Source of the DNA: Candidatus Ozemobacteraceae bacterium
GTDB lineage: Bacteria > Muiribacteriota > Ozemobacteria > Ozemobacterales > Ozemobacteraceae
Assembly (NCBI GenBank): GCA_965140445.1
Contig: OZ223236.1
Location: 448,001-512,000, forward strand
Length of the DNA: 64,000 nt
Direction of reading: 5' to 3'
Positions 26,655-36,695 of this stretch are shown one piece after another. A program made the position numbers and the translations under genes. Under the pieces are notes generated by a model, which did no database searches, was not told the DNA's origin, and saw only the letters and a list, made by a program, of their open reading frames with translations. The number at the start of each line of letters is the position of its first letter. Within the stretch, counting starts at the first letter, position 1.

Positions 26655-28106
26655 TTAAAACCTTGGCTCGTTCTCAGCTGAATTAACAACATAATCAACG
26701 GTTATGCGGTCATTTCCAATCAATTTAATTTTGAAAATTGCATAGTTTTTGGTGCGTGGAAAATAAGCGCTGAAAACATCTCCAACCTCTACGGTGCGCT
26801 CTTTATATATAGCTTTTAATGCATCAGTGGTGTTAAGGAAATAGTTTCCGCCGCCATCAAGATAAGTCTCGGCATAAGAAAGGTTTGCAAGCTCCGGCTT
26901 TCCATCAATAGCTCTAACCATGCGAATATCACCAGAGTTACAGCCGATTCCTTTCGCGGTACTAATAAAGCTAAACATGTATGGGCTAGCTTCTGAACTG
27001 TCATTTAGAAAGTTGGTGGCAACTACAGCGTTTTCGACAGGAGTGGTTCCACTTGCCATGAGGGTTTTAGTGCCAGTGGCAATTGCAGAAGTGTTGGCCT
27101 GAACAAAATCATATTCTGCAACTACACCTTTAAATGAACCGTCCTCCAGATTTATTCTTCTAACAAATAGTTTTAGATACTGGTCTGCAGAAGCAGATTT
27201 TTTAAAATACAAACCTAAAGCAAATTTGGTAGCGTTTTTATCGAACGTTCTGGTTGTAGTTGTAAGGTTGCCTTTAAAATCCTGTAACAATCTGGCGTTA
27301 GAGTATCCAGACATTTTTTCAATATCAGCAAGCATAGAGGTTGCGCTAGAAAGAACGGTGTAAAATCTGATCCTATCGCCATCAATGTTTTGCTCTATTT
27401 TAAGATCAATTATTCCATCTCCATCAAGGTCATTCTCTTTATTTAAGAAGGCCAGCTTTGACTCAGGAGTGAACCCTGTAGCCTGATCAATATACCCTTT
27501 ATTTAACTGTAGGGCTTGAGTAACTGACGCGTCAGTAACAATTGATCCGGTGAGGTTTGTAGCCGTTTTTTTGCATGCAAATTCCAGAGAAGACTGAATA
27601 CCGCTGACAAATGAAGTGTAGGTTGCCAACAAAATTTGCTGTTCGATTCCACTTGAGTCGGAAAGCATTGCTGCGGCTGTTGTTTGCAAATCAACTTTAA
27701 AACTGTCTTTCTGACTATCGGTTATCCATGATTTCAAATTTATTCGACCAGCAACTACTTCAATGCGATATTTTCCATTTGCTGATTTTGGAACATTTGT
27801 TAATCTGAGTGGCCATTCGGGATTTGAAGTTAAGGCTGTTAAAGTTAAAGTCACCGGAGTGCCATTAACATATGCAGTAGCAGAAGCAAATGCATTTCGA
27901 ACCTGACTATCAGTATTCTGCAGTAAGCTGGCAACTAAAGAAGAGTCCAGACTATCCGGGGCTTTTAAAGTTCCATTAAGAGCAACATACTCTGTAGGAA
28001 CATTAGAAGAAGTAGGGTTGCTGCTTTCTCCCGAGTTTCCACAACCTGTTAAAAACAGTGTTGCAAGTGCAAAAAACAGAAATAGTTTTTTGAAATTTGA
28101 TTTCAT
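26655..28106 (-). CDS. Hypothetical lipoprotein
   Basis: Lipobox LTGC; DLDGDG Ca-binding-like motif; GGAG RBS. Confidence 0.75.
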   Translation of the reverse strand: MKSNFKKLFLFFALATLFLTGCGNSGESSNPTSSNVPTEYVALNGTLKAPDSLDSSLVASLLQNTDSQVRNAFASATAYVNGTPVTLTLTALTSNPEWPLRLTNVPKSANGKYRIEVVAGRINLKSWITDSQKDSFKVDLQTTAAAMLSDSSGIEQQILLATYTSFVSGIQSSLEFACKKTATNLTGSIVTDASVTQALQLNKGYIDQATGFTPESKLAFLNKENDLDGDGIIDLKIEQNIDGDRIRFYTVLSSATSMLADIEKMSGYSNARLLQDFKGNLTTTTRTFDKNATKFALGLYFKKSASADQYLKLFVRRINLEDGSFKGVVAEYDFVQANTSAIATGTKTLMASGTTPVENAVVATNFLNDSSEASPYMFSFISTAKGIGCNSGDIRMVRAIDGKPELANLSYAETYLDGGGNYFLNTTDALKAIYKERTVEVGDVFSAYFPRTKNYAIFKIKLIGNDRITVDYVVNSAENEPRF

Positions 28107-28228
28107 TTGCATCTCCATTATTTATCTATTCCTATATATTTTCGGCATCTTAGGGTTGGGTATCAACAAGTTTTGGAGATAAAAAAAAGGCCAGATTCAA
28201 AATGAATCCAGCCTTTTTATAAGAGCTT

Positions 28229-31200
28229 TTACAGCTTTCTATAAACAACAACTTTATCGTAAGTTTGAAGCCTGAAGGCTTTTGTTACGTTATAAAGAGT
28301 TTCCCGGCCTGCAATGAACAATACTCCACCTGGTGCAAGAATATTGTAAATATTTTCAGCCATTCTTTCTTTACCCTTCTGGGAGAAAGCTGAGAATACG
28401 TTTCTACAGATAACTACATCGAATTCGCCAAGTTGTTCCATAGCTTCAGAATTCACTGAGTTAGTGAATTTGAATTCAACCATGTTTTTAACCTGATCTT
28501 TAACTCTAAGATCACCGCGATCATCTTCGAAATACAAATCTGTATATTTTTCATCTACAGTTCTGAACATTTCTCTTTTATAGATTCCGCGTTTGGCTGT
28601 ATTCAAACAGATGTGAGAAACATCTATACCAGTAACAGTGACGCGCGCCTTATCGGAATGAACTTCCTCAAGAGCACTCATTGCAACAGAGTAAGCTTCT
28701 GGTCCGAATGAACATCCAATATCAAGAATACGGATTTCATCAACGCCATCTTTCACTTTGTCTTCAATAATTTCTGGAATTACAGTAGAAACAAGAACTT
28801 TTGTCTGATCTGGCTCACCGAAGAATTCAGTTACAGGATTAGTAATTGAATCATACATGCTGGTAAGCAGCTCATCGCCTTCTTCTGCACCATATTTTAG
28901 TGAATGATAGTATTCAGTCCATGAGTTAATAAAGAATCTGGAAAGATTTCTTCTAAGCTTGTTCTCAAGAACTGCTTTATCTGCAATATCGATACCGCAT
29001 TTTTCTGAAATGATTTTTCTGAGAAGCAGAGCTTCTTCAGTGTTAATTCCTTTTTCACAAGGAGTAACTTCTTTCAGTTTTTCAATAACTCTAATTTCTC
29101 TTGGTGAAACAACTTTTTTAAGGATAGCTTCGAGAGAGTCAGATTTATTTTCTGCAAATGTCTGGATGAAATAATCTTTAATCCATGAATTTTGAAGAAG
29201 AATCTTCTCAACTTTGTCGCAAAGTCCTTCAACGCCATTATCAGGAAAGTTTCCGAAGAATTTAATTGCAGCCACAACAAGATCATTATCAGAATCTTCA
29301 AGAATCCTGGCAATAATATCTGCAGCTTTAGTATCCTGGATAAGGCTAAGAGCAAGAATAGACTTAACTCTTACTGCGTTGTTTTCATCGCTTTCAGCGA
29401 GTTTAACAAGAGTCTGCACACTAGAAGTACTCTTGATTTTGCCAAGAGCTTCAACTATCTGATATCTTACTTCCCATCTTGGATGGCTCAAGTATTTCTG
29501 GAAATCTTTATCCAGAGACTTGTCGCCCAACTCGCTAAGAGCTACTACTGCAAGTTTTGCAACCTGAGCATTTTCATCTGCGAGAAGAGGAATAAAGAAC
29601 TGCTTCAATTCTTTGCTATTGAAGGCTCTTAAAGCAGCGAGAGCGGCGATTCTAATCTGCCAGTCACTGTTTTTAAGAAGTTCTTTGAGAGGGAAGATCG
29701 ATTTAAGATCTTTCATGTTTTCAAGAGACTTACAAGAATTAACAACAACGCGCCATTCTTTATCAGTCAACTTATTAATCAAAGAGTCAACAGCAAGTGT
29801 AGAACCACATTGCCAGATTGTTCCTGAAACTGTTTCTCTAATTCTGGAGTTTTCGCTATCCAGCAACTCAAGCAAACGCTTGGTTATCGCAGGATCTTTT
29901 CTGCTGGCTAGAACAGATGCGGCAGCTTCTCTAACATCTCCATATGGTTCAGTAGCAAGAACATTGAACAGAGGCTCAACAACCTGTGCGGATGAAGATC
30001 CCTTCATAGCAAGACAAGCCTGTCTACGAACATGTCCGTTCATATCTTTGAACTTACCAATCAGCGCTGTCAAAGCTCCGTCATAATCAAGCATATTGAT
30101 TATGCCAGTAACTGCATTTTTTCTTACAATTTCGTCAGAGTCATTCAAAAGCTCTTTAAGAGTATTAAATGATGTATCTGAAGGATTTGCACCCAAAGTT
30201 TTTGCGAGAGCCTGTCTCAAACCATCGTCAGGGTTATTGGCAAAAAGTGAAACTGCTGCTGGAGTAGCAGGAGAAGGAACTGTCTGTAAGAAATCAAGAA
30301 TTCTTGCAGCTACAGGAGGTTCTACTCTGCCAATTCTTTCTAAAGCACTCTTAACAGCTTTAGCACCAAGTTTTGTGATACCAGCTGAGGCTATTTCTGC
30401 AATTTCTACTTCGGTGTTTTCAAGAGCTGAAAGCAATGCTGGAGCATAAGCTTCGTCTTCTAATGAAGCAGCAACTTGAACAAGAAATTTATATTCGGCT
30501 GAATCCTGATTTTCAAGTAAAGAAACAAGAATAGGTCTGATTTTATCAGCATCAAGTTTCTTAAGAATGCCAGGATTTGTTTCTTCTATCTGAGCCAGAG
30601 ATTTGAAGATAAGTCGGCGAGTTCCGCTATCTTCTTCTTTCTGAAGCTTGTTGAAAAGAGGATCAACACCATCTGGATGTTCCATCGCTCCCATGGCTCC
30701 GATGCCAGTGAAGTATTCAAGAATATCTTCAGACTCAAGTGAGCCAAGAAGAACTGGTAATGCTTCGCTGACAGCAATGTTTCCAAGAGCTTCAACAACA
30801 GAATACTTAAGAATATCTGTGCTTCCGTAAGTTTCTATAAGCTTTTGAACAGCTTTTGGGTCCTGAATTTTACCTAAAGATTCGACAGCCGTGGTTTTTA
30901 CGTTGTCATCTTCGTGGTCAATATATTCAAGAACAGTGTCTGTAGCCAATTTGGAGTGAATGTCTCCAAGGATAACAAGAATCTGGATAGTTTCATCCAC
31001 ATCTTCTGAGGCATGAATAGCATCAACAAGTGGTGGAATTGCCATTGGTCCAAAGTTTCTTAAAATTGTCATACCCGCGTTACGGGTATTCAAATCTGAA
31101 CTTCTTACAACAGGAATTAATCCGCAAACAACGTTCTCATGTTTCATTGAAGAAAGAACATCAATAGTGATGTTCTGAACGCCTTTGTTCGGATCTCCGA

Positions 31201-31324
31201 GAGCTTCGCAAAGTGCTGCTACTACTTCTTTTTCTGGAAAATTGACTAGCTCACGTACAGCTTTTCTTCTAAGGCCAGGATCAGAATTTCTCAGTTGTTC
31301 GAGCAAGATTGATGAACTACTCAT
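28229..31324 (-). CDS. HEAT-repeat protein fused to a C-terminal CheR-like methyltransferase domain
   Basis: About 700 aa of HEAT/PBS repeats, then GCSFGPEAYS, GIDVS...L..AKRGIY, FDVVICRNV, L.PGG.LFI...E. Confidence 0.88.
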   Translation of the reverse strand: MSSSSILLEQLRNSDPGLRRKAVRELVNFPEKEVVAALCEALGDPNKGVQNITIDVLSSMKHENVVCGLIPVVRSSDLNTRNAGMTILRNFGPMAIPPLVDAIHASEDVDETIQILVILGDIHSKLATDTVLEYIDHEDDNVKTTAVESLGKIQDPKAVQKLIETYGSTDILKYSVVEALGNIAVSEALPVLLGSLESEDILEYFTGIGAMGAMEHPDGVDPLFNKLQKEEDSGTRRLIFKSLAQIEETNPGILKKLDADKIRPILVSLLENQDSAEYKFLVQVAASLEDEAYAPALLSALENTEVEIAEIASAGITKLGAKAVKSALERIGRVEPPVAARILDFLQTVPSPATPAAVSLFANNPDDGLRQALAKTLGANPSDTSFNTLKELLNDSDEIVRKNAVTGIINMLDYDGALTALIGKFKDMNGHVRRQACLAMKGSSSAQVVEPLFNVLATEPYGDVREAAASVLASRKDPAITKRLLELLDSENSRIRETVSGTIWQCGSTLAVDSLINKLTDKEWRVVVNSCKSLENMKDLKSIFPLKELLKNSDWQIRIAALAALRAFNSKELKQFFIPLLADENAQVAKLAVVALSELGDKSLDKDFQKYLSHPRWEVRYQIVEALGKIKSTSSVQTLVKLAESDENNAVRVKSILALSLIQDTKAADIIARILEDSDNDLVVAAIKFFGNFPDNGVEGLCDKVEKILLQNSWIKDYFIQTFAENKSDSLEAILKKVVSPREIRVIEKLKEVTPCEKGINTEEALLLRKIISEKCGIDIADKAVLENKLRRNLSRFFINSWTEYYHSLKYGAEEGDELLTSMYDSITNPVTEFFGEPDQTKVLVSTVIPEIIEDKVKDGVDEIRILDIGCSFGPEAYSVAMSALEEVHSDKARVTVTGIDVSHICLNTAKRGIYKREMFRTVDEKYTDLYFEDDRGDLRVKDQVKNMVEFKFTNSVNSEAMEQLGEFDVVICRNVFSAFSQKGKERMAENIYNILAPGGVLFIAGRETLYNVTKAFRLQTYDKVVVYRKL

Positions 31325-31328
31325 AATT

Positions 31329-31715
31329 CTAAGCCCCCTTTCCTGAAGCTTTTCCGAGGAGCCTTTCTACTTCCTGTAACATTAAATCAGGTTTAATAGG
31401 CTTCTGGAGGAAAGAGTTCGCTCCAAGAGTAAGCCCTTTCATAACCATTTCTTTCTTACCTTCAGTGGTAAGGATTATGATGGGAATATGTTTGAATTTT
31501 TCGTTTTCCTTGACCTGAGTAATGAGTTCAAAGCCATCCATACCTGGCATATTCAGGTCTGTGATGATTATATCTACTTCGTTTTTCGACATAGCTTCGA
31601 TGGCTTCAATACCATTGTTAGCTTCAAGTACTTTGTATCCTGCTTTTTCAAGTGGGAAACATGCTACTTTACGCAACATCAAGGAGTCTTCAGCCACTAG
31701 AATTGTTTTGGCCAT
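31329..31715 (-). CDS. Single-domain CheY-like response regulator
   Basis: ILVAEDS, IITDLNMPGMDG, IILT, FLQKP. Confidence 0.92.
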   Translation of the reverse strand: MAKTILVAEDSLMLRKVACFPLEKAGYKVLEANNGIEAIEAMSKNEVDIIITDLNMPGMDGFELITQVKENEKFKHIPIIILTTEGKKEMVMKGLTLGANSFLQKPIKPDLMLQEVERLLGKASGKGA

Positions 31716-31928
31716 TATCTGGAATCCTCCGCAATTTCTGAAATCTTAAGTGCAGATTATAATTAGAATTAAATATAAATTGCAACTGAATAGTTATATC
31801 ACAATACAGAAAAAAAGTCAGTTTTGCCAACCCTTTATAATGTACCAGCAATATTTATTAATACTTTTACAATTTTTCTGCAAGAGCATACCTGCTTGAT
31901 TAGCAAGTTTTAGAACCAGCCTAAAAAG

Positions 31929-31962
31929 AAAAAAGCCGCCACATAATTGTGGCGGCTTTTTT
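31929..31962. terminator. Intrinsic terminator (bidirectional form)
   Basis: AAAAAGCCGCCACA-TAAT-TGTGGCGGCTTTTT. Confidence 0.85.
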
Positions 31963-31967
31963 GAAAA

Positions 31968-33848
31968 TTAAGACTTAAGCTTATTTAATAAGGAAGTTAA
32001 TCTTCTTTTGGTATCAGGCTCTCTACCATCTCTCAAACCTTTTTCGATAGCTTGTTTTGCCGGGGTTAAATCATTTCTTTCAAAAGCATACAATGCTTTA
32101 TATAGATTGGCACGCCCGGAAAAAGGATTTTTAGCCAAAACGTCATCTAATGCTTTTACGCCAAACCCTGCAGCAAGAGCTGAAGCTTCGAGTTCACCTG
32201 AATTGGCAAGGCTTGATGCAATACCAAGATAAGTTCTTCCAACTTCAGCAACATCCCTGGATTTAAGATAAAATTTTAATGCAGTAAAAAATGATCCTCT
32301 TTTCAAAGCATCATCGCCGAGCAGCTTAAAGCTTTCCACAGGTGCGTGAGCCGCTCCTGGCAAAGCAAGAATTTGAGCAAAATCAACCTCTTTAGAACCC
32401 AATTGGTTATGTGCATATTCTCCGTCGGCAATTATTTTTTTACACACAGTTGCAAAACCAGCATCTTTTATCTGTGGTAAAAGCTGCTTTATTCTTTCAA
32501 TTCCCACATCAATTTTGCCTTGTGAATAATCAACCAGGGCCAATAAAACAGAAAATCTGGCATCATTTGGATTAAGTTTTTTTGCATATGAAGCAAATCT
32601 TTTAGCGTAATCGGGTCTGAATTTTGCTGTTAGATAAAACCTGCCTAGATTGAAGTAAGCTTCAGCATTTTCAGGATGATTTCTAGCAAGCATATTCAAG
32701 GTTTTCTCGGCATTGTCAAAGTCCAGATTTTGAATCTGAGCTTCAGCAAGAATACTGTTAACAAGCAGATCATCTGGATATGCTAAAGCAACTTCACTAA
32801 AAATCTCAGAAGCCACAGCAAAATGCCCGGCACCCATAGCGACGCCTCCAGCTAACCTTGAAAGCTCAACTTTGTCAGTAAGCATGGTTGCCTTGTTGTA
32901 TATATCCAAAAATGAATTGTAGGATTGTTTTGAAAGTATTGATTTGAGCTTGAACAAATGCTTTCCAAAGCTATCAAAATCTCTTTGATAGACAAGAGCT
33001 AAACTCTTTAAGATTTGAATCTCCAGCATTCTTCGTGGGTTTTTTAAGTCAGCACCAATTTTTTCTGCAATATTTAAATGCTTTTTGGCCAACTCGACAT
33101 CGCCTTTTTCAAGACAAAATCTAGCATACTCAAGATTAACGCCAAAAGAGCTTCCAGTTCTCTGCAAAAACTGTGAAGCATCCCAACTTTTAACAGCTAC
33201 AGCTTCGGGCATCCTACTCATACAAACATCCAAACTGGAGTTAGATGATGTATTTTTTTTGCTGATCTGCTGACCGCTTTCTGCCTTGAATGGTTTAACC
33301 TCTTGAACCTTATTATTCATTGGAATAGGTTCAAAACCTGCTGGTATAACTTCAGGACCCTGGTCTAATGTTGGCTGTTCCTTTTGATTTGTAATTTTAG
33401 CTTGTGTTTGCGGGTTTACGGTACTTTGGGTGCATTGGTTTAAAAGCTCTGCAGCTCGTTTTTGGCCCGGCTGGATTTTTAGAATCCAACTAAGGTGCGC
33501 TTGTGCTTCTTTTGTACGACCTAGTTTAACAAGGTTTTCAGACAAAAATACTCTTGCTGAAATATTGTTGGGAGAAGTCTGTAAAATAGCCTGAAACTGA
33601 CTGTAGCTTTCTGCATAATTTCCCAGTGAAAATAAGGACTGCCCAAGTCGGTATCTTGAGCTCACTTTTTCTGGGGCTAATTTGACCGCTTCAGCAAAAG
33701 AATCAACAGCTAATTTGTAATTTTTTTTAGCAAAAGCTGCTTCTCCAGCCTGATAATTGGTCTTGAAATCTGTGGTTAGTGATGCAAAAGCCATATTCCC
33801 AGTAAGAATAGCGGCAAGTGCAATAGTGGCGATGGATTTGTTTTTCAA
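31968..33848 (-). CDS. Secreted TPR-repeat protein
   Basis: GGAGG RBS with TTG start; signal peptide; multiple TPRs. Confidence 0.85.
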   Translation of the reverse strand: MKNKSIATIALAAILTGNMAFASLTTDFKTNYQAGEAAFAKKNYKLAVDSFAEAVKLAPEKVSSRYRLGQSLFSLGNYAESYSQFQAILQTSPNNISARVFLSENLVKLGRTKEAQAHLSWILKIQPGQKRAAELLNQCTQSTVNPQTQAKITNQKEQPTLDQGPEVIPAGFEPIPMNNKVQEVKPFKAESGQQISKKNTSSNSSLDVCMSRMPEAVAVKSWDASQFLQRTGSSFGVNLEYARFCLEKGDVELAKKHLNIAEKIGADLKNPRRMLEIQILKSLALVYQRDFDSFGKHLFKLKSILSKQSYNSFLDIYNKATMLTDKVELSRLAGGVAMGAGHFAVASEIFSEVALAYPDDLLVNSILAEAQIQNLDFDNAEKTLNMLARNHPENAEAYFNLGRFYLTAKFRPDYAKRFASYAKKLNPNDARFSVLLALVDYSQGKIDVGIERIKQLLPQIKDAGFATVCKKIIADGEYAHNQLGSKEVDFAQILALPGAAHAPVESFKLLGDDALKRGSFFTALKFYLKSRDVAEVGRTYLGIASSLANSGELEASALAAGFGVKALDDVLAKNPFSGRANLYKALYAFERNDLTPAKQAIEKGLRDGREPDTKRRLTSLLNKLKS

Positions 33849-33884
33849 GATTCTCCCTCCATGAAGAATATTGTATATAATTAA

Positions 33885-33964
33885 GGTATCGACTATAAAA
33901 ATTGAGAGGATTAGAAGTTTTTTTTTAAAAAAGGTCTAAAGTTTTTAAACAAAAGAGACGATAC
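33885..33964. promoter_or_regulatory. Back-to-back sigma28-type promoters
   Basis: Plus strand TAAA-N16-GACGATAC (33937-33964); minus strand TAAT-N16-GTCGATAC (about 33913-33886). Confidence 0.55.
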
Positions 33965-34024
33965 TAAAAGTGAGATTAGGGAAAATTTGCCTTGTTAACA
34001 TGGACGTTAAAAGGGAGAAAAATT

Positions 34025-34510
34025 ATGGTTGATTCCATTCAAGGACCTGGTAAAAGAATAATTATTACCACCAAGCCAAAAGCAAAAGAGAAAACAGAAA
34101 AAAAAGACGGCTCTTTTGATAAGGCTCTAAAAGATAAGACTATTGTTGACAAGCATGAAGGCTCAACCTTCACGCTAAATCGTGCTGAGAATAATTTAAA
34201 GCTTATTCAGCAGCAACAACTTTCCAGAATGCAAAAGCTTCAGGAAATAACTAAACAAGTTCAGGATGGCACCTACAAAATGGTAGAGCCTGAAGTCCTG
34301 GCGGAACGCTTGTATTCTGTAATGACAGACAAGAAAACCCGTGAAAAGTTCATCAAAAAAATGCTTAAAGAAGAGGCAGAAAATATTCCCAGCAAGGAAA
34401 ACAATCTTTCTGAGCTTGAGCTAAAAAAGCTTGTTTTTCTTATTAAAGAATCTCAAGATGAGCCATTTGACGATCCTGAACTGGAAAAGCTTATTCAAGA
34501 ACTTTCTTAA
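34025..34510 (+). CDS. FlgM-like anti-sigma28 factor with C-terminal extension
   Basis: RMQKLQEITKQVQDGTYKMVEPEVLAERL resembles the FlgM C-terminal motif; sigma28-type promoter upstream. Confidence 0.6.
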   Translation: MVDSIQGPGKRIIITTKPKAKEKTEKKDGSFDKALKDKTIVDKHEGSTFTLNRAENNLKLIQQQQLSRMQKLQEITKQVQDGTYKMVEPEVLAERLYSVMTDKKTREKFIKKMLKEEAENIPSKENNLSELELKKLVFLIKESQDEPFDDPELEKLIQELS

Positions 34511-34524
34511 ACAAAGTCGATATC

Positions 34525-36189
34525 TTACTCAGAAGTTGCTAACAGCGTCCTGATTGGTGTTATATACTGGTCAGGATAGCCTTCAACTTCATCTACAACA
34601 TTTAATAATTTGTTGCCAGATTGCCCAGCCAATTCAAATAACTCCTGCCCACTAAGTTGATAAACTTTGCTGGTTGTATTTTGGATATAAAACTCTCTTT
34701 TGTAGTATTTTTTATTCAGATAAACCAGGGAAACCTCATTATTGGTAGATCTATCAGGAGAAATCTTATAAATCTTTTCATAAAATGATTGCGATAAGAT
34801 TAAACGTCCTGTTACTGATTTTAAAATCTTCTCTGTCGGTTCCAGCACCAATTTTTCGTCTGGACTTTCCAGAAAACTGCTTTTTTCATTTTCATCAAAC
34901 CTTACAGCCTCAAAAACCAATTCTGAAGTAAGAGCTTTTTCGTCAACTTTACTGGGTACACAAGTAGAGCAAGAATAAAATAGATTCCCATCTTTATCAA
35001 ATTTTATAGCAGAAACTTCATTCTGAACATAAATCTGCTTTACCAGTTCTGCTTTTACTTTGTCATTTACCTCTAAAACCAATTTGAAAAAATATATACA
35101 AGAATCACTCTTTGAATAAACACTTACAAATAATGCTTCTTCAAACTGGGGTTTAAAAAAATCAACCAGGTCACAGCTAACGAACAAATCATCAAATTTC
35201 GAATTACTCCCTAACCATGAGTTAATTACATCACGACCTAACACTAAAGCCCCTACTTTTCCGCTAGAAAGACCTGCTAAAACAATAAATCTTTTGTCCG
35301 AACTTAAAGACTCTATCAAGGGCCTATCCTCAATGACTTTGCCATCCCTGAAAAGCTTACCAGATAGTCTGTCGCTCCAAATATAGGTATAGTTTTGCCA
35401 TCCAATCTTTCCACCCATATTAATCTGAGAGCTGGTCCAGTTTTCGTTTTCGGTTAAAATAATGGATGTTGATGTGGCAATATCAAGCAACTCTAAACCA
35501 CCAGAGACCATAGATCTTTTAAGCCTTTTATGGTAAAACTCCCCTATTTTTCTGGAAAAAGCTAAACCTGGCTGCTGCCCTCTCCAAAAGTTTTCGACGC
35601 ACTCATACTCTGCAAATTCTACTTCATCTTTGCATATCATATAACTTTCACCGCGCTTTTCCCATGTTTGGTACCAACTACCATTGGGAACCCTGTAAAA
35701 ACTTCGATTTTCAAAAATTTTTTCGGGAAGCAATATGGAAGGCGCAGAAAAACTAGCAACAATCTCCCCTGGACCCATACTATAGGGGGCACCTAATGGT
35801 CTAAAAATACCTTTATAGAGTTCTTCTGCAGAAAACTTATCTCTTGAATCGAAATGGGTTTTCATTAAATCCAGCCCCTTGTCAGAATCATCAGCATTTC
35901 CATCAAAGGTTTGTCGATAAAGCCTCTTTGCGATCGGTGAATAATCTCTAACTTTTTTGGCAGAACAAAATCTAAAATTCTGATACTCATCAACAAAAAA
36001 AGATTGCGCCGGATCAGCATCTGAAAAATAGCCAACAGGGTTATTGAATTCATCAGAAGTTAAAACCCGGTAAATACTCGAACCATTTTCATAGTTCAAC
36101 ATTAGATAGAGATTGTCTCCAAAAGCACAAAAAGCTTTGCAGAAAACAAAAACTCCAATAAGAAAACCCATTGTTTTTAAACTTCTCAT
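34525..36189 (-). CDS. Hypothetical secreted protein
   Basis: Long ORF with signal-like segment after MRSLK; no family recognised. Confidence 0.65.
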   Translation of the reverse strand: MRSLKTMGFLIGVFVFCKAFCAFGDNLYLMLNYENGSSIYRVLTSDEFNNPVGYFSDADPAQSFFVDEYQNFRFCSAKKVRDYSPIAKRLYRQTFDGNADDSDKGLDLMKTHFDSRDKFSAEELYKGIFRPLGAPYSMGPGEIVASFSAPSILLPEKIFENRSFYRVPNGSWYQTWEKRGESYMICKDEVEFAEYECVENFWRGQQPGLAFSRKIGEFYHKRLKRSMVSGGLELLDIATSTSIILTENENWTSSQINMGGKIGWQNYTYIWSDRLSGKLFRDGKVIEDRPLIESLSSDKRFIVLAGLSSGKVGALVLGRDVINSWLGSNSKFDDLFVSCDLVDFFKPQFEEALFVSVYSKSDSCIYFFKLVLEVNDKVKAELVKQIYVQNEVSAIKFDKDGNLFYSCSTCVPSKVDEKALTSELVFEAVRFDENEKSSFLESPDEKLVLEPTEKILKSVTGRLILSQSFYEKIYKISPDRSTNNEVSLVYLNKKYYKREFYIQNTTSKVYQLSGQELFELAGQSGNKLLNVVDEVEGYPDQYITPIRTLLATSE

Positions 36190-36309
36190 TGATCCATTAT
36201 ATTCCTTTTTTTTTCCATCCTCATATTTTTTTGTTTTTATCATAAAAAAGAAAACCATTGTTGCCGAACTTAGCTGTAGAAGTGTTAACAAGCTTTTCCC
36301 TCATCTCAA

Positions 36310-36690
36310 ATAGGTTTACATAAATTAGTGTACACCGTTTTATGTAAACCTGTGTACACTAATTAAAATTCTGTACACAGTTCTTGACAACTCGAAATTT
36401 TTAATAAGGCAAATTATTTTTTCAAAAATATTTCCATTCCTTGCAAAAGCTTTCAAATAGTCTTTGTCAAGAGGGTAGGTTATTTTCTTTTTCCACATCA
36501 TTGAAACGCTTATAATGCTTATCCCCAAAGTTTTCCACATTTTCCACCTTTTTTTATTGTACAGAAAAAAGGTTGTCGTTTTTTTATCTTTTTTCTTTAT
36601 TCAAGGGGGTTTTGATCCTTGATAAACAAGGGTTTTATTTGTTTATTCTGTAGGGTTAATACAAAAACTTTTTTTAAATATCAGTTTTTT
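36310..36690. promoter_or_regulatory. Second DnaA-box cluster with palindromes
   Basis: TTTTCCACA 36489 and 36531, TTATCCCCA 36519, TTTTCCACC 36540; GTGTACAC palindromes; AT-rich and non-coding. Confidence 0.6.
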
Positions 36691-36695
36691 GATAA

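Noticed and set aside
36313..36350. dif site
   Set aside because: The arms resemble Xer arms but the spacer is 16 nt instead of 6, and the site is origin-proximal.
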